DNA of 64,000 nt, taken from assembly GCF_009914755.1 (NCBI RefSeq), contig NC_060928.1. One strand, written 5' to 3'. The notes beneath the pieces were generated by a model, which did no database searches, had not been told where the DNA came from, and was given only the letters and a program-made list of their open reading frames with translations. The stretch is from the human T2T-CHM13v2.0 reference genome, Homo sapiens. A program made the translations under genes and the position numbers. Shown one piece after another: positions 43,530-59,172 of the stretch (positions are counted from its first letter, which is position 1; each line of letters starts with the position of its first letter).

Positions 43530-43903
43530 TGTCTCAGTCTGTTTTGTACTGCTATAACAGCATACCTGAGACTAGGTAATTTATAATAAACAAAAATGTA
43601 TTGGCTCACAATTTTGGAGACTGGGAAGTCTAATACCGAGGGGCCTGCATCTGGTAAGGGCCTTCTTGCTGAGTTATAACATGTCGGAAGGGCAAAGAGA
43701 GGGTGAGAGAGAGAGCGAGCAAGAGGGGGCCAAACTTGTCCTTTTATAAGGAGCCCACTCCTGAAATAATGGCACTAATCCATTTGTGAGGGCAGTGGTC
43801 CCATGACCCAAGCACTCCCATTAGGCCCCACCTACCAACACTGCAGCATTGAGGATTAAGTTTTCAACACATGCTTTTTGGGGAACACATTCAAACCATA
43901 GCA
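43530..43903 (-). mobile_element. MST-family (MSTD-like) solo LTR
   Basis: tgtctcagtctgttttgtactgctataacag...cattcaaaccatagca; TG...CA ends. Confidence 0.82.
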
Positions 43904-44887
43904 ACTGTCAATACCTGTACTGTACCATTATGGAGTTCATGAGCAAGAAATAAGGAGTAGGGTGGGGGGACTGAGCTGTTGTTAGGTGACAAGAAATATA
44001 CAAAGACAGCATTATGAGAGCTCAGAAAAAACAGACATCTTTTCTGATAGAGAATTTTGGAGGTTTTATGGGGAAGTTAACAGGTGAGCAGAGCTGTGAA
44101 GAATAAGATTTTATCAGGAAGTGCTAAAGAGAGGAGAGTGCCCCAAATTGAGGGAGGCATGCATGCAAGGAAGTGCTTGGGAACAGCAAATAATTCTGTT
44201 CTGAAAAGAAGAGGAAATTGACTGATAGGGAAGGGAGATTGACTCTTGCTTGCTGGGGACCTGGATGCCAGGCTAAGGAAATCGAACCACTAAGCACTGG
44301 GGAGCCACTGGGCAGGGAGAAAAATGATCCAAACCTCATATTGGTAAGGCCAGTCTGTTACCAGAGGGTGGGGTCAAGTGGAGGAGAGAGAGAATTGGGA
44401 GGGGGAGAGGCCAACTGGTCAGCAACTGTGACATTTTGGGTTATAAGTAACAAAGTTAATTCTGATTTACAGTGCTCTCAATAAAAATAAAAAAGACCAG
44501 CTGGACCAGGTTAATAACTGAAATTAGTGACTTAGACATCATTTACAATGGCTATCACTCATTAAGCACCTACTGTTTGTCAGACACTCTTCACATGTAA
44601 TTAGTTTATTGAAAGGTGTGGAACAATCAAGAAACAGCTTTGTTTTTCTTCTACCTCTGTCTTCATTCCCTCTCTGTTAGATATTCTGCCCCTGACATGA
44701 TATCTCTGCCCAACCGATAGCTTTCCCCAAATCTTTCCTGCCTATTTCATCAGGACAACTTCATCTTCAGGTATTTAGTATGATACAAATCCAAACTTTC
44801 ATCTCACATTCAGTTTGAAGCCTCTCTCTTTTCCTCTAAATCAGACAAGTCCAGGCAAGGCATCTGCAATGAGAAGAAGCTAGTAGT

Positions 44888-44891
<4 letters not shown>

Positions 44892-44926
<35 letters not shown>
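44892..44926 (+). repeat. (CT)n microsatellite
   Basis: About 17 CT units read directly. Confidence 0.95.
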
Positions 44927-44929
<3 letters not shown>

Positions 44930-45269
44930 TTGTTCTATTTCTTCCTCTTGAGGATGGAAGGAGAGGTCAGTGGTAAAGGGGCAAAAGTGGTGTCATTTGT
45001 AATTCTTCAATGGTCAAAGGACCTTTGGCAAATGCTGAGCCCTTCTCTTTTGGGGCAACTTTGTGGCTTTCCAGAGACCACTCTCCCATGCACACACATT
45101 CTGTGAAGACCTCCAATACTGCATCATGTTCTGGTGTGAAGACGCATTCCCTGGTCAGCTCCTGCTCTAGCAGAATAGCCCATGTGGCTTCCTTCTGCCC
45201 CAGGGTGACCAGGCCTGGCTACTTCCTATGATGTCTCCTGGATCAATGGAGCCATCCCTCTTTGCCTCT

Positions 45270-45629
45270 CTTCTGTGAACTGAATGCTTGTGTCCCCTCC
45301 CAAATTCATATGTTGAAACCCTAATCCACAATTTCATGGTCTCTGGAGGCCTTTCAAAGGTAATTGAGTCATGAGGGTGGAGTCCCATGAATGGGACCAG
45401 TGCCCTTATAAGAAGAGACACTAGAGAGATGATTCCTGTCTCCACCATGTGAAGACACAGCAAGAAGCTATCCTTTTGCAAGCCAGGAAGAGGGGCCTCG
45501 CCAGGGACTGAATTGGCTGGCAGCTTGATCTTGGAAGTCCCAGTCTTCAGAACTGTGAGGAATAAATTTCTAATGTTTAAGCCACCGAGTCTATATTTTT
45601 GTTATAGAAACCCTAACTAACTAAGACAC
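45270..45629 (+). mobile_element. MLT1A-type solo LTR
   Basis: aactgaatgcttgtgtcccctcccaaattcatatgttgaaaccctaa...cagaactgtgaggaataaatttc...actaagaca. Confidence 0.82.
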
Positions 45630-46174
45630 TCTCTATCCTTGGAAACCTCGCTCCAGTCAGGCTCTTTCTTAACACTTCACAACACTAGACACCAGAAACA
45701 AACCCTGAATCCAGGAGACGCAAGTTCCCTTGGAACTATGTTCCCAAATTGAGATCCCATGAGAGGAAGGGTCAATTTTCCCTATGACAAAAACACCACC
45801 CTTTGCAAATGTTTCTAGATGCAAGGTTTGAAAGGTGTGGTTTCATGGTGAAGGAAAAGGAAAATGGCACAGAATTCCCTGCCCATTCAGTTGACAACAC
45901 TTGTCAAAGAAATTCTCTCTCTTTCTCCCCTTTATATTTGTAGGGCCAGGAGAAAAGTGAAGGGGTACGTGTTGAAGGACAAATTTCATGATCTCTTAGC
46001 AAATCATGGGCTCGCATCTTGTCCCACTCTTTGGAATGTTGGACAACTTGTCTTTCTCTGTCTATAGCCACAACCTGAGTCTAGAACCCCTTCAGTATCC
46101 CTTTTAAATTTAATATCATTAAAATCTTTTAATATGATTTAATATCACTTAATTATCACAAAAACCCTATAAGG

Positions 46175-46826
46175 AATGTTTATACACTGTCAGTGGGAAT
46201 GTAAACAGTTCAGCTACTGTGGAAAGCAGTTTGAAGATTTCTCAAAGAACTTAAAACAGAACTACCATTCAACCCAACAATCTCATTACTGGGTATACAT
46301 CCAAAAGAAAATAAATTGTTCTGCCAAAAAGACATGCACTCACATGTTCATTGTAGCACTATTCACAATAGCAAAGACAAGGAATCAACCTAGGTGCCCA
46401 TCAGTGGTGGATTGGATGAAGAAAATGTGGCATATATACATCATGGAATATTATGCAGCCATAAAAAGGAATGAAATCATATCCTTTGCAGCAACTTAGA
46501 TGCAGCTAGAGGCCATTATCCTAAGCAAATCAATGCAGAAACAGATCACCAGGTAATGCATGTTCTCACTTATAAGTGGGAGCTAAACACTGTGTACTAG
46601 TGGACATAAAGATGGCAACACTAGTCACCGGGGACTACTGGAAGGGGGAGGGAGAGAAGGGGACGAAGGTGGAAAAACTGACCATTAGGTACTATGCTCA
46701 GTACCTGGATGATGGGATCATTCATACCCTAAACCTCAGCAACGTGCAATATACCCAGGTAACAAACCTGCATCTGTACCTCCTGAATCTAAAATAAAAG
46801 TTGGAAACACAATAAAATAAAAATTT
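46175..46826 (+). mobile_element. 5'-truncated L1PA15/16-like 3' end with 15-bp TSD
   Basis: TSD aaaaaccctataagg 46160-46174 and aaaaaccctgtaagg 46827-46841; ORF2 C-terminal remnant KKMWHIYIMEYYAAIK. Confidence 0.88.
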
Positions 46827-47412
46827 AAAAACCCTGTAAGGTGAGTACTATGGATGAAGAATCTAAGACTTGGGGGCTGAGCCATTTGCCTGCTATTCCC
46901 TACATAGCCGAGCCTAGGAAATGAATTCCAGTCTTTCTGACTCCAAAGACAAGGTTCTTCACCCCTTCCTTGTCTTCACCGCCTTGCAAAAGATGAGCTA
47001 GATTTTGAGTCTATGAACCTGGGAGGCTGGGGTACCATTCATAGTTAGAGAGAATCAGGAAGAGAAGTGATATGGGATATGACAACTAGCTCCATTTTAG
47101 ATATGGTGAGTTTGAAGTTGTGGGGGACATTGAATGTCCCAGCTATGCCCTGTGGGTAACAGTAACTTGCACGTTTCACTAGGGAAGGGCAGACTTGCTC
47201 AAAAAGTAACAGGTGAAGGGGAAAACCAGGAAGCTTTTTATTGCAGGCTGGTGGGTCAGTTGGACTGTATTTGTCTCCTTTCTAATGATTCTGAGAAAAC
47301 AGATCTACCTTAATAATGCTGATAATTTGCTGAAAGTTCATTTACTGTTACTATCACTTGGCTTCCACGAGATGGCGAAGTATATTATCTTCCTTCTAAA
47401 GATAAGCACAGG

Positions 47413-47690
47413 GGCCTGGGTGCGGTGGTTCATGCCTGTGATCCCAGTGCATTGGGAGGCCAAGGCAGGAGGATCGCTTGGGACCAGGAGTTCAAGATGG
47501 GCCTCAGCAACATCACGAGACCCCGTCTCTACAAATAATTTAAAAATTAGCGGGGCATGGTGGCGCACACTTGTAGTGCTACTGAGGAGGCTGAGATGGG
47601 AGGATTGCTTGAACCCAGGAGTTCAAGGTTATAGTGAGCCAAGATCATGCCATTGCACTCCAGGCTGGGTGACAGAGTGATATCCTTTTT
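47413..47690 (+). mobile_element. AluJ-type SINE
   Basis: Diverged dimer with ggaggatcgcttg and ggaggattgcttgaacccaggagttcaagg motifs. Confidence 0.88.
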
Positions 47691-48272
47691 TTAATTTTCA
47701 ATTTTTTAAAAAAAATTAATAATAAACGTAGAGATGGAAGCATCCAGGACACAAGTGCAAAATTCAGCTTTCAAATCCTCCGCATCCAGGGAGCTCAGAG
47801 AGAGACCCAAATGTCCACATGGGGAGGGAAGAAAAGAGAACAAGTCCAGGGATTTCTTTTCCTTAGGGCCGCTACAGCACGTGGCCTCAGAACTATAAAG
47901 CCTTACAGGAAGCTAAATAGACAGCTCTTGGTTACTTAGCTGGTGGATGCCAGCTAATCCCACAGCAGCCTGGTGGAATGAGGACGGGGCTCACCCCTGC
48001 CTCTGTCATTCACTAGCTGTCTGACCCTGGACATGTTACCACCCCTCAGAGCCTCAATACCTTCACCTGTGAAATGTGGAAAATGATGCCCCACACATGT
48101 TGTTTGGAGAATTAAATAAGACACCACATGTAACAGTCATTCATTCCTCCCTCCTGCCACTGTTCATTGTCACCTGCTGCCACTTGTGACTTTCACAGTG
48201 CCTATATAAAGCAGGCTTTAATAGATGTTGGTACCCCTGTCAATCCTAGACCACATTTGGTTTTAGAGTGGA

Positions 48273-48626
<354 letters not shown>

Positions 48627-48794
48627 TGAGCCTTTCACTGGTCGCTCTGGGAAGCTGTGACCTAGAAGGGACCGGGAGCCTGGAAACTCCTGTTGAGGCC
48701 CCTTCTCTTTATTCATCCTGGAAGCCTTGGTTCTGTGCCTGGGTGTCAAGGAGCTCCTCTGATTGCAAAGTCAATGGGAAGCGAACGTAATTAA

Positions 48795-49139
<345 letters not shown>

Positions 49140-50422
49140 AAGGGTGGCATATTCTGACCCAGTGAGTCACGCAGTATCAGAGCCACAACCCGTCATCCCT
49201 CATTATGTACAAGAGGAAATTGATACCCAGGGAGGGCCCGACTTGCTTGGAGCCACACTGTAAGTTAGTGATAGCTGCTGAGATTGGGATATAGACTTTA
49301 GAATTTCCAGTCCAGAGTATATCCGCTTTACTTGTAGAAGTGGCTTTTATGGTCAGTGAACTCAAAAGCAAAATTTACCAGGCATTACATACAGCGAGGA
49401 CGATTGGAAAGAGAATGCAATTGCAGAATCAACTGCCTCCTTTATCAGGCACTACTGCACCCTCTGCACAAAAGCCCTCTTGGTTGGGAAGGCATGCCCT
49501 CCCCAAAGACACCAGGAAAGAACTGGCATCAAGGAACAATGCCATTCAAGTGTATTCATTCATTCACTCATCTACTTATTCCCTGAAATGTTTATTGAGC
49601 ACATGTTATGTTCTGTGAACAATGCTAAGTGCTGAATAATGTGTAATTGTCTGACTTCTCTTCTTAGGCAAGAAGGAGGATCTGAAATTCCACCCGGGCT
49701 GGGTTTCCAAGACCTGACGTGCGTCTTGGAATTGTGGGGCTGGCCCTGGGCTTGTGGGATCAGGTTTAGGAAACCAGGAGGCTGTGTTATACTTGAGCGG
49801 GGCCAGGAAGCCAGAGAAGTCAGAAACATCCAATTCAAAGAGGCAGAGGGAGGGGAGTGCCATGCTTGGAGCTGAGAGCCAGCCACGGGGAGTCGGCAGA
49901 TGTAACATGGGTTCAGGTGGCCCAGAAAGTCTCCCAGAGGTCCCCAGAGAGGCCCTGTGAGAGAGCAGATGGATGGGAGGGCAGGGCCAAGGGAGCCACG
50001 TGGCTTTGATAACACTTATCACTGCTAAGGAGTGAACTGGATACTTTGGTATGGATTAGACACGTGGTGATGGTTTTTGACTGTTCTCCTTAAAGGGAAT
50101 GAGGGCAGGAGTCACCAAGCTGAGGGATACCATAGACCACAGGCTCCCAGCCCTCTTCTATCGGTGGCTTCACATCATTCACAGGTGCAACACCCTCCCA
50201 TTGGTGACATCTTCTGAGACAGGAATAATACAGGGTTGTCTTAGGAGGATAGAAAATTCCAGGCAGCAGTTTCCCATGACTAGCAAAAGGAAACTGTTGA
50301 AACAGCCATAGAGGCTACAGGCTGATAAGATCCTGAAAACCGGGGTGTGGACCAAGCTGGCTAAGACTGCCTGCATCCAACATGGTGCTGGATCTGACTA
50401 GATTTCACCTGGGACCTCATTA

Positions 50423-51275
<853 letters not shown>

Positions 51276-51680
51276 CCCCTTTTCTTGAGTGTGTACTTTT
51301 CCCTTTGCAATAAATACTTTCACTATTTTCTGACTTGTCCTTGAATTCATTCTTGTGATGGTGTCAACAGCCTTGACACAAACTGGGTTCCAGGCCCCAC
51401 CGGCATTTGGGGACTTCCTCCAGCCCACCGGCATCACTTTGATTACATTCACCCTCTCCCCACACACACATCAAGGAGGAAAGAAAAGGGGAGGCAGCAA
51501 ATGTTCACACCTAGAATCTTGGATGGGGATACACCAGAGTTGGAAAAAGTCTTCTAGAAATTCTGCTGCCATGCCCCTCCACCTCCGCAAGAATGTGCCT
51601 TTCCTTGTTGGGAATCACAGCTGTGGACAGAAAGAGAGGGCGCCGGAAGCGCAGGTGCACAGTGGAAGTCAGTAACAGCG

Positions 51681-51686
51681 TTTATT
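51681..51686 (-). terminator. Candidate distal CCKAR poly(A) signal (AATAAA)
   Basis: Minus strand reads ttcAATAAAcgctgttactgacttcCActgtg...ctctctttctgt; the last canonical hexamer before the LTR/Alu block. Confidence 0.45.
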
Positions 51687-52375
51687 GAACACACAAAGTG
51701 CGGAGTACGGGGCAAAACACTGGAAGGAAATACAGTGGAGGTTCGACAGTTGTTGTCAGCCTCATGAAGGTTACATTTGATTTGAATGGTGAGAACGCCG
51801 GTTAAGCATACACAGACGTGTGTAAACAAGCCACAGAAATACACACATGCTTCGTCACTACTACACGCTTATGATATGAGATTTCCACAGGAACTGGGGT
51901 ACAGGAAGCCACTGAGACACGCAGCTTAATTGAAGAGCAAAGATACCAAGTCTCCATCCCAGGGTTCAAGTTCTACCTGGCTACTCTGGGGATGAGTGGG
52001 AGCTACCAGAAGACACTAGAAAATACCAGAGAATGATGATGAATGTGTTTTCTTAGCTCTATTAGCCACCGTATTTCAAACTCAAATTAGCATTCTACTT
52101 TAGCATGATATAAAGGCAGTTAACAAAGTACTGACAAAATAGAATTATGTCAATTTTTAAAAAAAGTAAAATCAGACCGTCTTAAGGACAAAGATTCTAG
52201 AAGTTAATGCCTTTTAAAATTCTTTTTAAAACAAGCTTCCATACATGAAAGACTTTCCAATAAATTTAGTGAATAGAGGCATTTTACCACTCTGTATCTG
52301 GGAAATTGTTTTTATTTTTATGTGCTTTTAAAAATTTTGTAACTTTTTTTATGTGCTTTAAAAATATTTTAAAGT

Positions 52376-52470
52376 AGGGTTGCCAGATAAAATACAGGAT
52401 GTATTTTAGTGCATGACATGTGGTCATCCTAAAAGCTATTCATTGCTGACCTGAAGTTAGAATTTAGCAG
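52376..52470. mobile_element. MER53 fragment
   Basis: agggttgccagataaaatacagga is the MER53 terminus. Confidence 0.65.
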
Positions 52471-53905
52471 CTATTTTTAGGTTAACAGGCCTTTGGAACT
52501 TCCAGAGCTTCCCAATAATGGGGGGCCTAATTTATCTTCATTTATATGCTAACACTGCTAGAAAGAAGGACTTATTCTTCTGGCAGGAAAATTGTAGATA
52601 ATGTAGGGCTTACTCAAATATTGGAGAGATTTTCATTTCTCACACCCTTTATTGTCACCATTTTAGCAGTGCGTGTTTGAGTCAGTTGAATTTTTTACCT
52701 TGAAATCTTTGACTGAGGTGGCTAGTGACAGATAGTAAAATTAGATTGCAGTCTGAGGAACAATCTGGCTTGAAATGTCCCCTGCACTAGTCACACACTC
52801 AATAATTTCTTCTGTTAGCAGGTGACAATCCCCCCCTCCAAAAATGTGACACTCACATCTTGTCCCATTACATATCTGTTATGCTATTCATCATCACTTC
52901 TTGTCACTCTCTTTCCTTTTCCCCTTTCCACATTGAATTTTTTGGAGAATTGAAATCCTTGTGTGCCACACAGAACATCAGGCCTGGATCAATGGATGGC
53001 CATAACCCCATGGAAACAAGAAAAAGCAAAGCTCACTTCCCTGATGCCTAGAGGCATGAAACTATGAACGGTGGTTTTGTTTGTTTGTTTGTTTCCTGTT
53101 TGCTTCCCACACTAGCAGGCAAACTTGCTTTTGTCAAATATGTTCACGTTAATGTGTGTAAGCAGACAGGACAGTGTTGCTCTAAAAAAAGTGAGAAAGA
53201 AGTCTTGGTAGACTGAACTGATACACACTATTCTAGAACTGCACTTCCTGGTGTCTGAATGTACAGCTTGTATCTTATTTGAGATTTCTAAATTAGAGGA
53301 GAGATATTTCAACACTAATTCTGCTAATAAATGAAGTTCGCATGAAACTTTGTCATGAAGGAATGTAAAATTATAATACTAGCTGAATTCCTATAACTAT
53401 TCCTATAAAAAAAAATAACTATTCTTTTTTCTAAAGAACACCAAAGAGTATATTTATATGTAAAGAACATAATTTATGTTTTGTTTACACGTATACATAA
53501 AATTAGCAAATTATTAGCAAGCATATAGATTGCATTTAAAGGCATGGACAGCTTTGACATTCAAAAGCTATTTGTTAACTGAGTCCAAGTATGCCGGTTT
53601 TAATTCTGGGCCTGATTATACGTGTTTCTACCTTTGGCCAGGTAGATGTAACTTACAATGCTCCTTTGTTCCCGGAGATCTTTTCTGGGAAGACAGAAAT
53701 ATAGATGAATATGAGAAATTGAGTTGAGGCAAAGAAGTCATGAGGTTTAATATCACCATATAAAGGAGAAATTAAGTAATATATATCATTAAAATAGAAA
53801 AAATATTCCCATGCACCTTCTGCCACTTAACATTCCTTAAAGTAAGATAGCATTCCATCCAGCTATTTGCCTTGTACTCTTTTCTCTTTAGAAATGCTAA
53901 ATTCA

Positions 53906-54284
<379 letters not shown>

Positions 54285-54911
54285 CTATTCTGATGACAAC
54301 TAGCTTATGACTCCGAATGTTCTTGGCCAACCTGAAGATGAAGAAATCAGGCTGCTGTCGTACCCAGGACAAAATGGCCAGAGAGGGTTTGCTTCCTGTT
54401 CCCTTTGTGGTCACAATGAGGTGGAAGGCTACAGCGGATACATGATAGGGTGATGGGCTCCCTGCAGGCAGAGCAACCGCCACAATTCTGCATGAGCAGA
54501 AAAAGCAGAGCATGGAAATGTGTCACAGGAGGAGTGAGAGCCCACCTTGGATGTTCTAGAAGGTTTGAAAGCTCAGTAGGCCCCACATCTCCGTTTTGAA
54601 CATGTGCTGGCAACTCCATTTGCAGTATGAGCCCTGCTGGACTCCCGTCCCTGGCCTGCTGAGGATTTTCTGATGGTGAGTGTTACTTAACATATCCTGC
54701 TTTGAACTGCCTAGAAACCAATCATGGCCCCACTGGAGCAGTGCTCTGGAATCCAGATGAAGGATGAAAAGCAGACCTTGAAGAGTTCCCACTGGAGATG
54801 GAGCCTTCCTTCTCCATCAGCTCTGCTCCTTCTCTTCCTGATCTCTTCTTCCGTTCTTTCTTCTCTGCCTCCTCCCTGCCTTCCTTCTGCGGTGGAGGGT
54901 CAGGGGACATC

Positions 54912-55444
54912 TCACTGGGGTGGCACCGAGGCACTCATATGGCTGTACGAGAACCTGGACAGAGAGGCTCCTGTGGTCCCGCCTTCCTCCTCCTCCCCCA
55001 CCTCTCCCCTCGCCCCTGGGGGACCAGGATTGGGGCAGCAGGGGAAGGTGGCCATGAAGCCGAGGCGGAAGCGTTTGTTCATGAAGCAGTAGATGATGGG
55101 GTTGACGCAGGAGGAGGTGTAGGACAGGAGGAGGATGAAGGAAATGGGGGTTCCTGAGAGGCGGCGCTCTGCGGAGGCGGTGTCGTAGGCCCGCCAGGCG
55201 TTGGCGCTGAAGATGGGCATCCAGCACAGGAAGAAGAGGACCACGATGACGATGAGCATGCGGATCACCCTTTTCTTGGCCATCAGGTTGGCTGCGGAGC
55301 TGTTACTCCGGATGCGGTTGGCCCTGCTGCTGCTGCCGGTGGACAGCTGCCGGAGCTCCAGCTTCCTCGGGGGCCTGGTCTTTTGCAGGTAACACCCATC
55401 GCTGTCCTCATATTTGCCGCTGCTGGTGGTGCTAGGTTTCCTTT
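54912..55444 (-). CDS. CCKAR: CCKAR exon 5 coding part (ICL3, TM6 with CWMP, TM7 with NPIIY, C-tail ...SHMSASVPPQ*)
   Basis: cccacccag acceptor (55447-55445), 533 nt, TGA at 54914-54912; lies within ORF 54912..55466. Confidence 0.98.
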
Positions 55445-56429
55445 CTGGGTGGGCAAGAGACATCACTCATTGCTGGGGATGGGTCATGCCCGGTAGAAGG
55501 CATGGAGCCCCCACTCCCCTCCATCAAGAAGTCCAAACCAAACAGGAACTGAGAAATGGCAGACAACCTGGCCTTACACTGATATGGGTAAGCATTGATC
55601 TATACTAGTTCTTCCCTTCAATGAAATGCTGCTTAAAATGAATAAAATATATAATAAAAACAACATCTTATGGATGTAGGTTACAAGAAAAAAATTATTA
55701 AAGAATGAATATTCACACTCTTCTCCTTTCCTTCATTAGCTCCCCAGAGGGAAGGTTCCTGCTTGCTGGGTAAGATTCCAGATTGCTTTTATGATGAGGA
55801 ATCTGGATAAGAAGAAAAAATCCCATGAAAACCAAAGAAGCTAGAGAGACTCAGTTATCTGTGTAGTAGACAGCTGAGTTAGGGCATGGAGTGAGAAGGG
55901 AAAAGCTATGTCAACAAGGGTGTCAAGGTCAATTTTCATGGACAGTGGATTGTAATGAATGGAGAAGGAATGAGGCTTTGTGGCCACTGCAGGGTGAAAA
56001 TAAAAAGGAGAGAGGATGAGGAGGAGACAACAAAAAGCCGGCTGTGGGTTAGGAATCAAATCCCCTCCAGTACCTTTGGAGAGACACAAAACAGGCTGGA
56101 ATTACAAGTAGCTCTGGTTATGGAAAGGGGTCTGTTTGAATACAGCACTACAGAACAGCTGGCACAGAAAAGGCCTTGGCTTGTTATTGGGTTATATGTG
56201 GGTTACTTTATTCCACTCAGAATGCTTTTGAAAGGAATGATTTCCCCATTTTACAGATAAGAAAATGAAATACTGGGCCCGTGACTGTGCTTCTTGACAC
56301 AGAATCTCATAAGAATACTTAAAAGCTTTTCCAACAAACTTTACGTACACTCTGGGTATATCTATTTAAATGATAGAAAACAAGCTTTTGTGCTCATTTG
56401 GCATAAACACACAGCTACAAGATAGTTAC

Positions 56430-56557
56430 CTTTAGCAGACTTCTTCTGGCTAGCCTCAAATTTTATTCCCTGGTAGAGTTCCAAAGAGATTAATCCATAT
56501 GCCACCATCATCACAATTCCAGGAATAAGAAAGAGGATGAGTAACAGGAATGTGTGC
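56430..56557 (-). CDS. CCKAR: CCKAR exon 4 (TM5): (W)HTFLLLILFLIPGIVMMVAYGLISLELYQGIKFEASQKKSAK(E)
   Basis: tttcattag acceptor, G|gtaac donor, 128 nt, phases match exons 3 and 5; not in the ORF track. Confidence 0.97.
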
Positions 56558-56899
56558 CTAATGAAATCAAAAGAAATCCAATAACCAGCAACTTTAGACC
56601 TTCAAACTCAAATGGGAAGGAATGAATAGGGTTTATGTTTATTTTTACTGGCCTGAGCAAACACATTAATTACTAGTATTTAATATCCTTGGCAACTTCA
56701 TGTCTGGAGATTCAGTCATTATAAGTTGTTTACTTCTTTTCTTTTTTTAGATGAAGTCTCTGATGAAGGACTAGTTTAATTGGAAAAGTTTGGCGTAATT
56801 CTGTGCTTGAAAGAAGTCTATGTATGAAAAAGAATGTAAGCTTTAAAAAATAAGAGTATGTGAATAGCATTTCAATAAAGCTGTTTTAAAAACCCTTAA

Positions 56900-57150
56900 A
56901 AATTACTTACATACATCGAGGATTTCTATGTGCTACATATAGGCTAAGCATTTTACATACATCACTACATTTAACTCTCATAATAACCATTGAGGTAGGT
57001 GCTATTGTCTTAATACCTACAGCAGAGAGGAGGAAACTGAGACTTAAAGAGATTAAATAATTTGTCCAAAGTCACACAGCTGGTAGCAGAGGTGGAATTT
57101 GAACCCCCAAAATATGATTCCAGAACCTAGAAGCTATGCTTTTAAGCATC
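56900..57150. mobile_element. MIR in CCKAR intron 3
   Basis: gaggaaactgagacttaaagagattaaataatttgtccaaagtcacacagctggtagcagaggtggaatttgaaccc. Confidence 0.78.
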
Positions 57151-58033
57151 ACGGTATACCATTTGCCAAACAACAGAGTAATCAAATGCTTAGGTGGGGA
57201 CAATGGAAAACCTTCTGGGTCTTACAAAACATGCCATTCTGGCTGTTTCCAACCCATAAGCAGCTCAAACATTTACGTGGGCGTCCATTCTCCATGACCC
57301 TGTGAGGCTAGCATAGTGGCATCATCATTCTAGTGCCTGGTTGGGTAGAGCTATGCTTTTTCTAAACATCTTTGATTACTGAAGAATCACAGCCTCCTTC
57401 TTTATGAGTCTGGCCCCTAAATCACTTCTGCAGTCTGGCATGTGTGAGGTTACACGATTAGGCCATAAAATTGTCAGAGGCTCATGGTGGCTGGGCCATT
57501 TCTCACTTCAATTTGACATGTTTTGATAAGATTCCTTTTCAAGCCTTGGAAATATTCCTCTCATTTGCAACGTAATTCCTTTGTGTGTGTGCTACTTGGT
57601 TGAAATGAAAGGAGGAAAGCAAAAAAAGCAGAGATGATCTCAGTTTGGGGCTGTTACTCAATGTCTAGTTCCCTGCTTCTAAAACATCCCTGCAATTGGT
57701 AAATATAATACCCTGCAATTTGTGTAGCCTTTTTTATAATGACATTTTTATGAACATACTCTCCTTGGTATCTTACAGCCACCCAATGAGGTAGATTTTT
57801 AAAATATCCACATTGTTAACTCCTTATAGAGATAAGGAACCTGACGTTCAGAGAGCTTATGTGAATTTGCCTAAGGTGTGCAGTTAGTAAGCAAAGGAAC
57901 CAGTATTAGAAACTTGCGTTTTTATTTCTGGTAAAATGCTCTGGGTAAGTACCGGAGCTGCTGCAGCTCTAAGAAAAACCATGTGGGATTTGGGACTCAT
58001 TCCCTGCTCTGTCTTAATTCTTTAGAAAATCAT

Positions 58034-58536
<503 letters not shown>

Positions 58537-58910
58537 CTACAGCATTTAGAAGCATACTGCATAATGATTAAGCACAGAGCCTCTGCCTCTTCCTTAAGTT
58601 TGTGAATTGGGAAACTTAACCTTTCCAAGTCTCAGTTTCCTCAACAGCAAAACGGACACAATAATAATAATACCTATCTTAGAGTGTTTTCAGAGGATTG
58701 ATTGAATGAATATATGCATGGCATTTAAAACAGAGCTCGCCAGCTAAGTGTTTGCTATCGTGATTATCCTAGAACGAGGCTAGAAAGACCTTCTCAAAAC
58801 GTCTCCAGGAAACTGATCCCCCAACCACTCTGGGCAAGGCATCTCAGTTTTTCATGATATTGCAAAATTACATCAAGCTGTATTTTTAAAAATAAACAAT
58901 GCAACCTTAC

Positions 58911-59172
58911 CAGGACTGCTGCATAACATCATTTGGCAGTAGAAAGCGGCACATATTCGCGGTCTGGTTGTTATTTTTGGTAAAAGGCACCAAGTTGCTA
59001 TAAATGGGGTACGGAGTCATGATGGTAAAGGAAAGGCACCAGGTAGCAGCAATCACCTTCAAAGCATGGGATTTTGTCTGCCAGACCCGGGACTGTAAGG
59101 GTTTGCAAATCGCACCATATCTCTCTAGAGATATGGCTACCAGATTAAAGGTAGATACACTCACAGAGGTGC
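58911..59172 (-). CDS. CCKAR: CCKAR exon 3 (TM3 with ERY motif, TM4, ECL2): (G)TSVSVSTFNLVAISLERY...NDVMQQS(W)
   Basis: ttcctttcccag acceptor, TG|gtaag donor, 262 nt; lies within ORF 58907..59218. Confidence 0.98.

Noticed and set aside
49572-50022. Two overlapping 138-147 aa minus-strand ORFs in unique-looking DNA
   Set aside because: No recognisable domain, non-ATG starts, and 3' ends in an L2 tail; consistent with chance in GC-richer sequence
54724-55392. Antisense and alternate-frame ORFs over CCKAR exon 5 (similar ones over exons 2 and 3)
   Set aside because: Expected shadows of GC-rich coding sequence
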